Source: Octopus bimaculoides
Taxonomy: Eukaryota
NCBI RefSeq assembly: GCF_001194135.2
Contig: NC_068981.1
Coordinates: 191,688,739-191,750,258 of the forward strand
DNA length: 61,520 nucleotides
Direction of reading: 5' to 3'
Positions 36,807-50,853 of this stretch are shown here, one piece after another. Each line of letters opens with the position of its first letter. The first letter of the stretch is position 1. Position numbers and translations under genes: made by a program. The notes beneath the pieces are model-generated. The model was not told the DNA's origin and ran no database searches. It was given only the letters and a program-made list of their open reading frames with translations.

Positions 36807-37192
36807 TATATATATTTTATTCATTTACTTGTTTCAGTCATTTGACTGCGGTCATTCTGGAGCACTGCCTTTAGTCGAACAAATTGAGCCCAGGACTTAT
36901 TCCTTGTAAGCCTAGTACTTATTCTATTGGTCTCTTTTGCCGAACCACTAAGTTATGGGGACATACACACACCAGCATTGGTTGTCAAGTGATGGTGGAG
37001 GGACAAACACAGACACACATACACAAATATATATACGACAAGCTTCTTTCAGTTTCCCTCTATCAAATCCACTCACAAGGCTTTGGTTGGCCCGAGGCTA
37101 TAGTAGAAGACACTTGCCCAAGGTGCCATTCAGTGGTTGGTAAGCAAGCTACTTACCACACAGCCACTCCTGAACCTATATATATATATATT

Positions 37193-38493
37193 TTGGGTCA
37201 TCCCATAAATAATGCAGTTTTTGTATACTTCTTTTATTTTTCAAAATTAAGATAAACAAAGTTCTTTTTTAATCTAAAATATACTCTCCTTCATTTTCTA
37301 AAATGCTCTTCTATCTGTCTGATAGACTTACAAGGCTCCTCTTCCAAAATTCACTTGTCCATGATGAAAAATACTCCCCCATTACTGTTCTGACCTTGTC
37401 TACAGAATTCATATTTTTACTGTCTCAATGGTTTTGAAGTCTGCATAATAAATGATAATCAGTTGGGGCAATGTCTGGCAAATATGGTGGGTAGGACATC
37501 ATTTCCCATTCAAACTGCTCCAGCCTTTGGAATGTCATCCTCACTGTATATGGCCGGGCATTATCCTGATGGTAGATCACCTTCCGCCTTGAAACCAAAG
37601 ATGGTAATTTTGCTTCTAGTGCTGACTTAAGCTGCTCAAGCTGCATGCAGTAGATCTCCGTTGTTATCATTTGGTTTGGGTTTGAAAGTTTCAAGTGGAC
37701 TAAACCTTTCATATCCCACCAAATAGATAACAACACCTTACATGGGTGAAAACCTTTAGCCTGGGGTGCTGGTGTTTCTCCTTTCCCTACTCACTGAATT
37801 CGGCATTTGACATTTTTATAGAGAACCCATTTCTTGTCACCAGTCACTATTTGGTCCAAAAAAAGGTTCATTCTGATTAGGCTTGGAAAGTTTCTGAGGA
37901 ACCCATTGACCCAATTTGCTNNNNNNNNNNTCATTCTGATTAGGCTTGGAAAGTTTCTGAGGAACCCATTGACCCAATTTGCTGACTTTTCCAATGGCAC
38001 ACAGGTGTCGATGAATGGTTGAATGACCAAATCCAAGCTTCTCTGCTAGTTTTTCAATAGTTACGATAGGATTTTGTTCCACCAGGGTTTGCAGAACATC
38101 CTTGTCGAGCTCTACAGATCTTCCAGGACAAGGCTTGTGTTCTAAGCTGTAGCTTCCGGCTCAGAATTTCTGGAACCATCATTGACACTGGCTTACACTT
38201 ATTGTCTGATCCTCATATACTGCATTAATGTTCCTCACACTTTATGTTGCATTGTTGCCTTCATTGAGCTCATAAAGCAAAATATACCAAATATGCTCCT
38301 TTGTCACTTCCATTATAGCTTTGAAAAAATAACTGTTAAAATTGAACTGCACTCTTCAAATCTTGTACTAAGAATAAGGACAAGGTAAAATTACTACCTG
38401 CTTTTATAGCAAGTTAATGCAGGTAGTTTATCCTGTTCCCTTCCTACTTTTTGTTCATGCAATTGGAAAAACCACATTTATGGGATGACCCAA
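37193..38493 (-). mobile_element. Full-length mariner (DD34D), transposase pseudogene about 37269-38313
   Basis: 18-bp perfect TIR ttgggtcatcccataaat; MEVTKEHIWYILLYE start; WVPQ; IVTGDKKW; QDNARP followed by 34 residues to D in YLPDIAPTDY; several stops. Confidence 0.95.
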
Positions 38494-41400
38494 TATATAT
38501 ATTCAATATCCTCTGAGAGTTTTGAAAAATATTACTATCTGTTAATATAAAACATGTTTCTCCTTTACTGTGTGCAACATACTTAATCTGTATATGGAAG
38601 ATAATTCATCAAATTTTAAAAGAACTTACACTATAGATGATTATGTAAAAAGACAGAAAATATTGCATACAATCTTTATAACATTGGAGCTTTTTCATAA
38701 GAATAGAAAGAAATTGCTCTGATTAAACAGTGGAAAACTTGGAAACAGTTGAAACATAAGAATAAAATAATTTATCTAAATATTACTGTCAGTTTTGATG
38801 ACCCAGGTATGGATGCTAGATATTAATTAATCTATTAAAGCAAAACAAAAGCTGGTAATAAAGCAGTAGTATTTTTCTTCTCACAATAGAAAATCTGTTT
38901 GAATTGATTCCTCTTAATGGATATGACATTCTGCAATTTGGAATTTATTAAAAATGTGATGCTTCTGTGTCTGTTAAAAGACTTTTAACATATAAGCTAG
39001 TTTAAGAACTAGCAATGAGTACATTTGCATGCTCCTCATTGGGCAAGATAGTGCTTGACTGTAAAATTCAGGAGTGTCTTTATTTTTCTTGAAAGAACAT
39101 GAATTTACTCAGTTTTAAAGCATTAGACAAAAATTCTTTCCAGCATTTCTTCCAGCTCTTTACATTCTGAGTTCAAATCCTGCATAGGTTAATTTTTCCT
39201 TTCCTCCTTTCATGGTCGATAAAACAAAGTCAAGTGCTGGGAACTCAAGATTGCTGACTTTGTATCTAAATTAGAAACCTTATTAGCAATGTTATTACTG
39301 AAGACTGTCTTTGTGCAGCAATAAGATGTCAATTTTTTTTTTTCAGTTCCTTTAACTATTGGTAGGTTTTGTAAATAGACATTTTTCTTTGCCAGATTAT
39401 ATAATGAATATTGTTAAATAATACTACTTCAATTGGCTATATTTAGTTGAGTTATATTTTACTAGGTTTTGTAATAACAGTTAATGTAGAAACTGAATCT
39501 GAAGTGTGCAATGTAGATAGCATGGTAATAATTTACACTTTTCCTTATCAAAAAAAAAAAGAAAAAAAGAAAAAAAAAACCCAACTAATAACAGGGTTTT
39601 TGTGTATGGGGTGGGGAGACAAAGTGGAAATTGAATCCACATTTCTTGATAAGTGCCTGTAAATGAAAGGATTGATTCTTGTATTCTAAATTTGGCAGCA
39701 GAAGTTTGAATAGAAAATTTTTTGTTGGACAGGACAAAAGAAGCCAGTCAGTTAATTTGAATACTCCCCCTCTCCACAATATTCTGGTAGATTGCCAAGA
39801 AAGATAATCACTTAGCATGAAAAAAAGAACAAAACAATAACAAAAAAAACCTAGATTAGCTTCTTATCTTGCATTTTACTAAATTTGATTTTATAAAATT
39901 TTTAGTAAAATCATTAATCTTATGTGCCATAATCAGGTAGGCACAGTAAAAAAAAACCTTTTTAAGTGTCATTCTCATGAGAAGAGAGATTGGAGGCCAT
40001 TAAATCTAAGAAGATTGGGCTTCACAAACAAGAGGGACCTTAAACCTTTTGACTGACCGATACAATTTATTGACTGTTAATATCTGTCTGTAGTACAAGC
40101 TACAACCCTTCACTTCATTTTACTATATTTTGTATAACTACTCATACTTTATTCTATTTTCCAATTCCCCTTTTGTATGTCAGCTTGGAAAATCTTTTGT
40201 ATAAAATGGTGGTGGTGGTGGTAGTAGTAGTGAAAGGACAGTAGTTCAGGTAAGATGAAAGTGGTTCAGGGAGTTATACCTCTGTTAGCAACAAAGGGTT
40301 TCTCTCTGCTTGCAAATAACAAGTCAGTCACAGGACAGTAGATTATTAAAAGATGGAAGAATTGTGTAAACTGGAAGGAACGATTTGATTCATTGTATGT
40401 ACTACTTCAGTTTCCATGGAAAGCAGAGTAAAAGGGAATGACACCTGCTGGGTTGTTATTGTTGTTTAGCTGCAGGTTAATAACTCTGGAGACTATAATC
40501 AAAGACATTCTAGACATAACTAACTTGTCTTTTTAGGAGTATGTCTATGACTACATGAGCTAGTATATCCTGATAGCCAATATATTCTTAGAGAGAGAAA
40601 GAGAGGAGAGCATGTGTGAACAAGAAAGGGAAAGTGTATAAGAATATGATGTTATAATATTTTACGGATTTGAGGAAGATTTGGTTGCTATTTTTAATAG
40701 ATCAAGTGACTATGTAAATGCTCCCTTGTTGCTTTGTCACTGGATGACAGTGGAAAGCCCATTGGAGTGGAACACACAAAATAAAAAAGTAAATTAAAAA
40801 AATAGATAAAGAGATAATTAATGTTGCAGTTAGATCTGTGGATGCTGGGCATCACTTATCAGATGATGTAGGATCAGTGATTGTACTTGAGGCACAGCTG
40901 ATCTACACCAGCAGGGTTGGGGTGACGAACTATTAAAATGATTTTCCATTTCATGAATTTTATAAAATTTGCTGCTTTGCCTCTTCCATGACAAGCACTT
41001 TGTGATGGTATATAACCTGAAAGCTAACTATCCATAGTGTTGGTCGTTAAGAAACATTTTAGGCTGTGTAGCAGATCTACACAAGCGTACAGTAATATAT
41101 AGGTCAGTAATATTTACATACCACCTTTCATTTGTTAAATGTTATCTTAATCAGTTTTCAATATGTTAGGGTTTCTACTCTGGCTAAACTAAACTAAGCA
41201 ACACACGTAGACTTCATATGTTGTATTTGTTTTTCTTATAATCATTACATAATCTTATTTGACTATCAATTACAGTGTAGGATCGAGCTCTATTTTTCTA
41301 GTATGCTAATTTATCAAGTTTACTTTATGAGTTTTCCTTTGGAGAGGATGTGTTTTATTATATTTTAATTTAATTAATTGTTGTGAAATATTTGGAGACA

Positions 41401-42039
41401 AATTTGATAAATGTAAATAATAATCTGAGGCCAGAATGTCATATACTGATTTCACAATTTGATTTTTTTTTAATTACTGAATAATGCTAGTTCAACAGAA
41501 AACTGGACTTAAACATTCATTTATATAGTGTTTTGAATACATTATTTTTAGACTGTTAATAGTTTTATTTTTAAAGTAGTATTAAACTTGTTTGGAAAAA
41601 TAGTTAATCATAATTTCAACAAAATAATCTAAAAGAGTCATCCAAAGAGTTAATAGTTATTTAAGCATATAAGAGTGTGGTGAGTATTCTCACGACTACA
41701 ATCACACATTTGAATGAAGTAATTAGCATAAAGTTAATTAATATTGATGTTATGCACATTATTTTATAGTAATTCACACAAGCATTTCTCTTTAATATAA
41801 TATTGACTTCTTTTCTAAAGCTAAAGATTGAATTTTTTTTTTTTTTTAGGATAGGAACCTCTATAGAACATTTATACTATTTTCTTATTCTTAGAATTAT
41901 GAAAGTACAATTAAAGAATGATGTGAACTCAAAACTGAGAAAAATGAAACTTACAGTAATGTATTTGACCCTACCTTGCAATCACAGTACCCCTCCCACT
42001 CCACTATTATTTATTATAGTATAATATTGTAATATCATA

Positions 42040-42400
42040 CTTTTGCATGCTCTCTCTTTCTTTCTTGCTCTCACAAGCTCTCATCTCTTCGTTACTCCTG
42101 CATGCTCTCTCTTTCCAGCAAATTCTCCTCTTGGCCTCACATACTCTTCCCTCTCCCTCAGTCCCACATATACTTCTCTTGCTTTCACACATTCTGCTCT
42201 TTCTTGCATTCGCATTCTCTGCTTTCTCTTTTGCTCTTCTCTTTTGCTTTTACATACTCTTCCTGCTCTCTTGGTCTCACGTGCTCTCCTCTATTTTGCT
42301 CCTGCATTCTCTCCTCTTTCCCTTGCTCTTCCATGTTCTTATCTATCTTTTGCTCACAAATGCTATCATCTGTCTTTCACTCTTCCATTCATGAAGACCA
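42040..42400. repeat. Pyrimidine-rich low-complexity tract (degenerate CT repeat)
   Basis: Read directly; similar tracts at 5150-5390 and 53590-54060. Confidence 0.85.
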
Positions 42401-43164
42401 CTTTGCAGTCATGTGGGTCTGGGTTCAATCCACTATATGATAGCTTGGGAAAAGGTCTTCTATACCCCCCAGAAGACCTCTTGTGAATAGAATTTCTTTG
42501 GTAGAAACTGTAGAAGTCTGTTATGTGTATGTATATCTTTCACTGCTGTAGTATGGCAAAGGCTAAAACATGAAAAAAAAAAAAATCTAAAACAACAAAA
42601 ATGTGCTTTTCGCATGAAGTCCTTTATGCTATATGTTCTGCACTGTGTTACTGACACTCTCTTGTCATTCATCATCAGTAATGTGCTGGATTAGCAAATG
42701 GTCCTTTGGGAACCTGTAACCAAATAGATTTGTTGTTCAACAATTGATATTTAAAAATAAACAAATACTTTTTTTTTGTACTATAAAAGGGAAGAAAAAT
42801 CCTTTTGATTCTCTTTTTTGTTGACATTTTCCATCCATTTTTGTGGGTTGAGATAGGGGATTTAGTTTTAGAAAATTGCATTTTATTAGAGTAATTTTTT
42901 TCTTTTTTAGTTAAACCTTATTATTAAATATTTAGTTGTAAATATGGAGGGGAAATAAAAGTAAGCAGAGTGATATGTAAGGTTTGTGTCTAACATGCAC
43001 TTTGTAGTCCAGTGTTCTTGCACCCATAAAAACTCATATGTAAGGATGATTAGCATTTAAAACTGATAGGCTTTTTTGGGATGTATTTAGAACTAGATTT
43101 TTTTTGTTTTTGTTTTATTTAATTTAATAAAACTTTTTTTATGGTGTTATAGTTCTTGCTGGAA

Positions 43165-43378
43165 GGTAGCGAGTTGGCAGAAACGTTAGCACACTGGGCG
43201 AAATGCTTAGCGGTATTTCATCTGTCGTTATGTTCTGAGTTCAAATCCCTTCAAGGTCGACTTTGCCTTTCATCCTTTTGGGGTCGATAAATTAAATACC
43301 GGTTGCATACTGGGGTTAATCTAGTTGACTGGCATCCCTCCCCCAAAATTCCAGACCTTGTGCCTAGAGTAGAAAAGA
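43165..43378 (+). mobile_element. SINE D, best-preserved copy, with an 18-bp TSD
   Basis: Perfect TSD ttatagttcttgctggaa at 43147-43164 and 43379-43396. Confidence 0.95.
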
Positions 43379-46300
43379 TTATAGTTCTTGCTGGAAATTT
43401 TATTCATTTGAACAGATATAATTTTTTTTTCATTAGAGAATTTTTTTATTTCTTTATAAGAAATTATTACCAAAGAAGCCTTCCAGTTATACAGGTTACT
43501 GAAAGGCTTGTGTGTCAACCAAATATTTCATCAAACATTTTATATTTATTTTCCCATGCTATATTAGGTGTTTCTTTAAGTTTCAGAAATTTTGGTAAAT
43601 TATTTTAAAAAACTATTGTGCTGGTGCCACCTAAAAAAGCACCCAGTACACTCTGTAACTTCGGTAGCATTAGGAAGGGCACCCAACTATAGAAACCATA
43701 CTAAAACAGACAATAGGAGCATGGTGCACCTTTCTGGCTTGCCTCACTTGTCAAACCATCCAACCCATGCCAGCATGGAAAACGGACATCAAATGATGAT
43801 GATGATACATGTAGCAGCCATGGCAAGTAGCTAGCTTCCCAACCATGTGGTCTCAGCTTCTTTCCCAGTGTGGAAACTTGGCAACTGTTTTCAACTATAG
43901 CCCTGGGCCAACCAAACCTTTGTGAGTGAATTTGGTAGATGAAAACTGATAGAATCCTGCCGTGTATGTGTGTGCATGAGTGCATGCATTTAGTTGTGTG
44001 TAACCTTGTCTTGACATTTTGTTGTGATGGTTGTAAATGAGCATCATCTTTATATGAGTGATGTCCATTTCCAATCTTTCATGACAAACATGCATGGCCA
44101 TGGGACGCATTAGCTTGAGTTGCTGACAGGAAGGGCATCTGGCTATAGAGAATCTACTTCAACAAATTTTGTCTAACCCATACAAACATGAAAGTGGACA
44201 TTAAATGATGCTGATGGCAATAAAATGGTGATGATAGCATAAAAATGTGTAGATGTTTATTCATGTCTGCTTCCAAGCAATCCTATTCTGACAAGGATAT
44301 CCTCCATAAACGAAAGCAAGGAAATTTTCTGCAAAGAAGTAATGGTAATGAAAACTGTAATGAAATTATCAAAAAGGAAGCAGAGGAAAATAAGTAAAAA
44401 TATCTTAGAACCCCATCCCAGCCATTGTAATCAGTATGCTTAGAATCCTCATTTTCTTTTTACCTACATGCACTAACTATTAGCAAGTGAAAAATGTAAC
44501 ATTAATGCCTATTTTCAGTTATTCCTTTCTCTTTCTTTATAAGCTTCTAATTTCCAATATTTGTAGTCATTATGCTTGCAGTAACCAATAATTATTAATA
44601 TGCAATTGTTTTCTAAAATAATATATATTCAGTTTATTTCACATTATACCGCTTTCAGGCCATATTCCTTTCATTTTCCACTAACTTCTGTGAACATCTG
44701 CCATTGTATTTTTTGTGATGCAAAAAGAGCCATTTTGTCATCAGTTCAAGACATAACTACACAAATATCTTTCACGAAAGATTGATTCCTGACAATTTTT
44801 GTGCAGAATATTGATCATGGTATTCTTAAAATCAGAACCATTCCTTTAAGACTGTATTTCATAAGCCTTGTCTTAAAATCAAATGAATGATCTCATGCCA
44901 AGAACATGATAAACTTGGGATAAAAACTTCAGAAATCTCTGTTTGCATCTCTCTATCTCTCTCTCTCTCACTCTCTCTCTCTCTCACATGGCAAAACTTT
45001 TGTATTCTGTCCAGTTCATGACAACTTAGATAAAGTGATGGTAAACTGATGAAGATTATAATGTTGAATTAAGAATTGACTTGCCAATGAAATATGTAAA
45101 GAACTGGCTTAAACTGATTCAAGTGATAGCTTGGCTATGTAAGTGAGAAGTCGGTTAGTTGAAATTAATACTTGTCATAATGACCACAGATCATAGAGTT
45201 AGATGTCATGTACAATCTCTTAGAAAACAAACAGTAAATTAAGTTCATCTGTTTAACTATTTTTGTGTAACAGGCTTTATGTTGTAAATTTTTTTAGAAC
45301 AAATGCTAAAGGGAAACATTTGTATGTAGAAAAGAGTGGATATCAATAGATATGAATAGATACGAAGAACGAGAGCGTTGGATTGAGTAAAACAAAGATG
45401 ATAACAACATCTATATATTACGCTATATATAGATATTTGTTATTAAAGTGGATAACATTGCAGGGAATGATAGCGCAGATTAAAGATAGTGTAGACATTA
45501 TAGTTTGGCTGAAAATGAAAGGAACTGATTATTGAAGACATAACGCAGTTCTACATACAGAAATAATGTTCTATGGCATAGATTGTGTGAAGTTCTATGA
45601 TGGTGATAAAACAGAATAATGATAAAAATATCTAAAATGCATGATTTTGATTTCTGATTTTTTTTTTTTTTTTAGTTCTGTTATGTATTGTTACTATATT
45701 TTCCTTTGATATATTACTGCATTTATATATCATCATCATCATCACCATCATACGTCCACCTTCCATACTGGCATGGGTGACACACACACTACATTATTCT
45801 TCATGATGATTCACTACAATTTTTCATTTTATGTTAATTAGTTTTTTGTCTCAGATTCCTACCAAAACCCCTTTGAAAATGATTCTAATATTGAGAAATG
45901 AATTTAGTATAAAATAAATTTTCTCTTACATAGTACAATGGAATTTCAATGCTTTCCTGTGACAATAATAAAAAAAAAACTTTTTTTATTTGGCCCAGAC
46001 AGACATTCCCTACCACAATGTCAAGGTTTTCAGTCATCTTCTTTTCTAATTACACATTGTGTCTGCTATGTCAAACACTTCACAAAGAACAATGAAGCTG
46101 GTATAGTCATAAATTGCTGCAACTCAGCTTCATTCTCCCTTTTCTCTGCCTTCTTAGTATCGGGTTTTCTCTCCTTTGTCTTTGTTTCTTTAATTTGCTA
46201 ACAAGAATAGAGAGGATGGGAAAGAAATGTTATACTCTCATTTGTTATTACATATATTATTAAAAGATATGTATAAAAATTAATCCATGACTATATTAAA

Positions 46301-49300
46301 AGAATGCCCTCTCCACTCACTAAGATTTGCTCTAAGAAAACTTTTTTTAAATGTTTAATTAGGATTTAATTTCTTCATATTCTGCAGTGCCATACTAGTT
46401 ATTGTTTTTGAGTATATCCCTATATAAATCAGGCTTTTTAATGAGTGACTGTTGACATGTAGGTTTTTTTAAAATCTTTTTAATAGTCTATCTGATATTT
46501 TCTTTTTTGCAGTCTAAACATAATTTTGTAGTCCTCAAACTTAGATATTTGAACAAAATATGCTGTTGATGTATAAATATTAATGTTTTAGTGGCCATTT
46601 GAAGGTTACTGGGGTTTTTTTTTACCAATTAATATATCACTCCATTGTTTATTGCTTAGTCTCATGTTTAAAATTATTGTCTCAGATGTAGCATCACTAT
46701 TGTCATTTTATGAAATGTATTTTATTTTAAAACAATTTAAAAATATTCTCATTTAATAAATGGCTTCCATGAAAATGTATTAGTTTCATCTTCCTGAGTA
46801 ATCTGAGGGATTTATTTGATTTCTGGGCCATTATGCTGTTGGCTGCAATCACCTACCTTATCTAAAATGCAATAAATGTTCTTTTCTTCTAGCACATTTT
46901 CGAATGCACTTTGTTTTTCTGTTATTTTGTTAAATTTCAACTTTATTAATTACAGTAAATTTTACAAGAATGCTAAATAAATACTCTAAAACTTTTGATA
47001 TCAACCCATGTGAGATTGCTCCTGATTCTAGTATATAAACTTTGTATTTTAATGTCATCTAAAAAGTTTCTATCAAAATTTCATGTTAGTGTTCCAATAA
47101 TGACAATTATTTTCCAAAAATTCTTCAATATTTTCAAAATTACTTGAAACAAAGGCAGTTTATATCAACAGAAATATGGTATTTATCATTATTAGTATGG
47201 TTTTGTTAGATTAATATCATATTTCAGATGAAGGGAATGAAAAGCGATGCTAGCTTTCAGCTGAGGGACATATATTTTCAGTCATTTGGTTTTGTTATAT
47301 GCAATCCACTGAGTCAGACAAAGTTTCATCTTGGAATTCATATTAGAAGTCCAATATTTTCATTCTAGTGGAAACATAGAATATCAAGAATGCTTCTTCA
47401 ATATAGATTCTTTGAATTTTGTTTGAGCTACATTAAGCAATTTTATTGGTTCTTTTTGTTAACACTATTGGTTTGAAGATACCATTACATGTATACTTAT
47501 TTAAAAAAAAAATTATATACATGATGCTATTTTTCTGTTAGGCTTCTGTTTAAAGTAATCTTCATAAGTTATTGCAAACATTTGGAAATGCAGGAGAGAG
47601 AGAGAGAGAGAGAGAGAGTAAAAAGGAAGTAAATATAAGAAAATAGGTAAATTCTAAGTTCATTTTTACTCCATGATCAACTATCATGTAAACGCTACTT
47701 TTATCAAGTTTGAATCCCATTGAGGCCAGCATTGCCCTTAATCCTTTGGGAATTGAAAAATAAGTATTGGTCAAGTATTAAATTCAACTTAATTTATTGT
47801 TCCTGTCCTCCAAAATGTGCAGCTTTGTACCTTAGAAACTGTTAATTAAAATATGATCAATGACTTTGCGTATTGTATTGGGAATAGAAACAAAAGTTTA
47901 GTAATAAAAGATGTTTTAATTATAATTACTAATACTCCACTTAAGCACAAATAACCATCTAATCTCTTAAGTAATGAGTTTTTTTATTGATTTGTTTCAG
48001 AAAATGTTTTAGAATTCTACCATATTTTCATTATCGTTTGTCTCCAGTGAAGTACTTCATTTTTAGTGTAATAAAGGATTAGTTTTCCCAAACATTAGCT
48101 ATTTATTCATTATTTTTAATGAATAAGAAAACTTGAGTACACAATTTCATTTTTATTTATTTAACCAGTCATTTTTATTTCTTAACAAGAAATTATTATT
48201 TGAAAATATGATGGCCAACATGTTTGCTGTTTTCCAAATTATTTTATATAGTCATATCCTCAATAATTCAGAAGAATAAGGGACTAGTTATATTTGTAAG
48301 CTGAATTAGATAAAATATCACCTTTATAAAGTGTATTTTATGTCATGCTGTTACATTCAACTTACCATGTAATGTTTATTGTAAGAAATTATTTAAAATA
48401 GATGGAACATGATAACCTGAAAGGATGTTCTGTTTAGCTACATGTCAGTTGTAATGCTTTAATGAGAGCCATATTTTGTTTCTCATATTATTTATAAAAC
48501 ACAAGATAAACGCCATTCGATGCGAGCAAGAACAGTATTGTTGAAATCTATTTAGGCAGCTTGCTAACTTCAAGGTTGTTGGTTGTATTTCAAGATTTGG
48601 TTTACAAAGAAAATAAATATTAATGTTTAAATATTAGTTTTGAGAAAATTGCTGATATGAAAAAGTAAGGAATTTAATTCAACAATTTTATTACATTATC
48701 ACTTAAATTTATTCCTGTTTTATTTTCTGAATACTTCAGTATACATGATTTGAAATATTAAATTTAAAACATCTCTACTTCAGTTACTTAACAATCTATT
48801 CCTAAATATATGAAATATTCTTTTTCTTCTGACAATTTGAAAGTCATTTGGTAAATTATTTTGTTAACCACAATTTTAATTGGTACATCTGTTTTTAGTA
48901 AGGGTGAGAAAAATCTATCCTTTAGTCACTTGTTTTCGCAATAATTATATAAATTAGAATTATATTTAACTCTTTTATTACTATATTTCCTTTGAAATAC
49001 ACTGCCTAAGTTTCTATTAACTTTGAAAATAATGAAGAATTTAGTAAAATAACTTTGATTATTAAGCTGATGTTTGGAGCATAAATTGGAATGAAATTTT
49101 GATGGATGGTTTTAATTCAAATCACTTAAAAACAAGAAGCTTGTATCAAAAGGGTTAATCTGTTTCTTAATTCATAGTTAATAAAACTATAAAATTTGAA
49201 TTGTATGTACACATATTGGTTTAAACTGGATTTCTTCAGTGTGGTGTTGAATCTAAGATTATGAAACTCAAGATGCATTTTCAAATTAGGTTATAAATGA

Positions 49301-50819
49301 TTATACTCCTAGAACTCCTACATCACTGCTGGTAGAGCAGAGGCCAAAGCAGTTGTCATTTACTCTCTCACTCTATTAACCAACCTATTGCTCTCATATC
49401 TTAAAAACAATGAATATTGTTGCTAACAACTCCCTTCATCACTTAACTCTATTTGTCCTTATCCTTAACAGAATACACTTTATTGCAAGCTTTTGAGCCA
49501 GATCTCCAATTTGAGGACAACTTCCTTCCTTCCTCTCACTAGTCACAGTGGCTCTGAAAAGATTCATGATCACTGCCCTTCCTTTTCTAACCAAGCAGTG
49601 ACTTTCTACAAATCTGAAGTATGACCTACATTAAAGAACTGTACACATATCTAGAACAGTGCTGCTATGGCTATAGACATAAATATCCTAGACCTATGTC
49701 ATAGTACTGCTCACATATCTGGGACAGAACTACTGCTACACACATGCACAAATATTCTAAAGTGTATCTTCAAGAAGGACATTTGACAAATTGGGCTAGT
49801 ATCTTTTGTTATAACCCTAGGCCAATCAAAGCCTTGCAAGTGAATTTGGTAGAGGAAAAATGAAAGCAGTCAGCTGAATACGTGTGATCCCTACTATATC
49901 TCACCTTCAAACCCTGTACTGAAATACTTTTTGAATTAGTCTTCCCAGAATTGGACCCTCTGGAATTCCTTTACTGCCTACATGTGTTATAGAGAAGCTC
50001 AAACTGAAATAATAACCACATTGATCTCTCTTGTCTCAGAGAGCCTCATAAAGAGTATTATCCTCATGCCAAGCTTCTCACTAATAAGCTAAGACAATTC
50101 ATTTTAGGAAATTTCAAAATATGTTATCAAAATCTAAGATTAAAATGAAAATCATCGACATTTTAGATATAAAAATATGACTAATTCTGTATTACTGTTA
50201 TTACCATTGATAGAAGAAACATCAAGTTTGTATTAACAATCTGTATTTTTTTTTTTAAATAGGGTCAGTTCTTAATTTACATAAATGTAAATTTCTAATT
50301 AAAGTCTAGGTAATTTTACATTAATTTTACTGATGGTTATACATAGATATTCCATTCAACAGTTTCATTTTTAAAAAATAAATAGAAGAACCTTCAACTG
50401 TTGAAGACAATTTTCTGCATGTCATTCTCAGTATATTCTATAATCAGTATTTAGTTATTATTACATTTGATTTTCAGTTTCCAGAATAGTTTTAGAATAA
50501 GTATTTGTTCAAAGTTAATATAGTGTTCTCTGTTTTGTAGATAAGAACATAAAATACATCTTTTAGATTTAATATACAGTAATTAAATTAAATCTGAAAA
50601 AGGTTCATTTTTATATTACTGTTTTTTTTTTAACAGGTTCCTTTTTTTTTTGTCCTAAAGGAAATCTTTCTCATCTTTTCAAGATTTATTTTTATGCACA
50701 CATTTTTTTCCTTTTTGTTTTAAAGGTTTTAAAATAGTATACAGTTTTTATTTCTAAGTCAGAGAGAAGGCCAGTGTTGTGCTAGACTGGTGTAGTCAGA
50801 CTCTGTAGTAACAACTTGC

Positions 50820-50853
50820 ATAGAGGTTTAGCAACTGGTTGCTAAACCTCTAT
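50820..50853. repeat. Perfect 16-bp inverted repeat with a 2-nt spacer
   Basis: atagaggtttagcaac-tg-gttgctaaacctctat. Confidence 0.95.

Noticed and set aside
37868-37980. Exact ~50-bp tandem duplication inside the mariner ORF
   Set aside because: The two copies flank a 10-N gap; typical overlap artefact of scaffolding.
42043-42486. Three overlapping 112-147 aa L/S/F-rich ORFs
   Set aside because: CT-rich low complexity cannot form stop codons; no coding signal.
48365-48415. 51-nt minus-strand segment with good splice sites
   Set aside because: All three frames closed; it shows that strong splice pairs arise by chance here. The same applies to plus-strand 40184-40249.
49903-50001. 99-nt minus-strand exon-like segment GIPEGPILGRL
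   Set aside because: All frames contain stops; the peptide is a decayed LINE RT GxPQGSxLGP motif.
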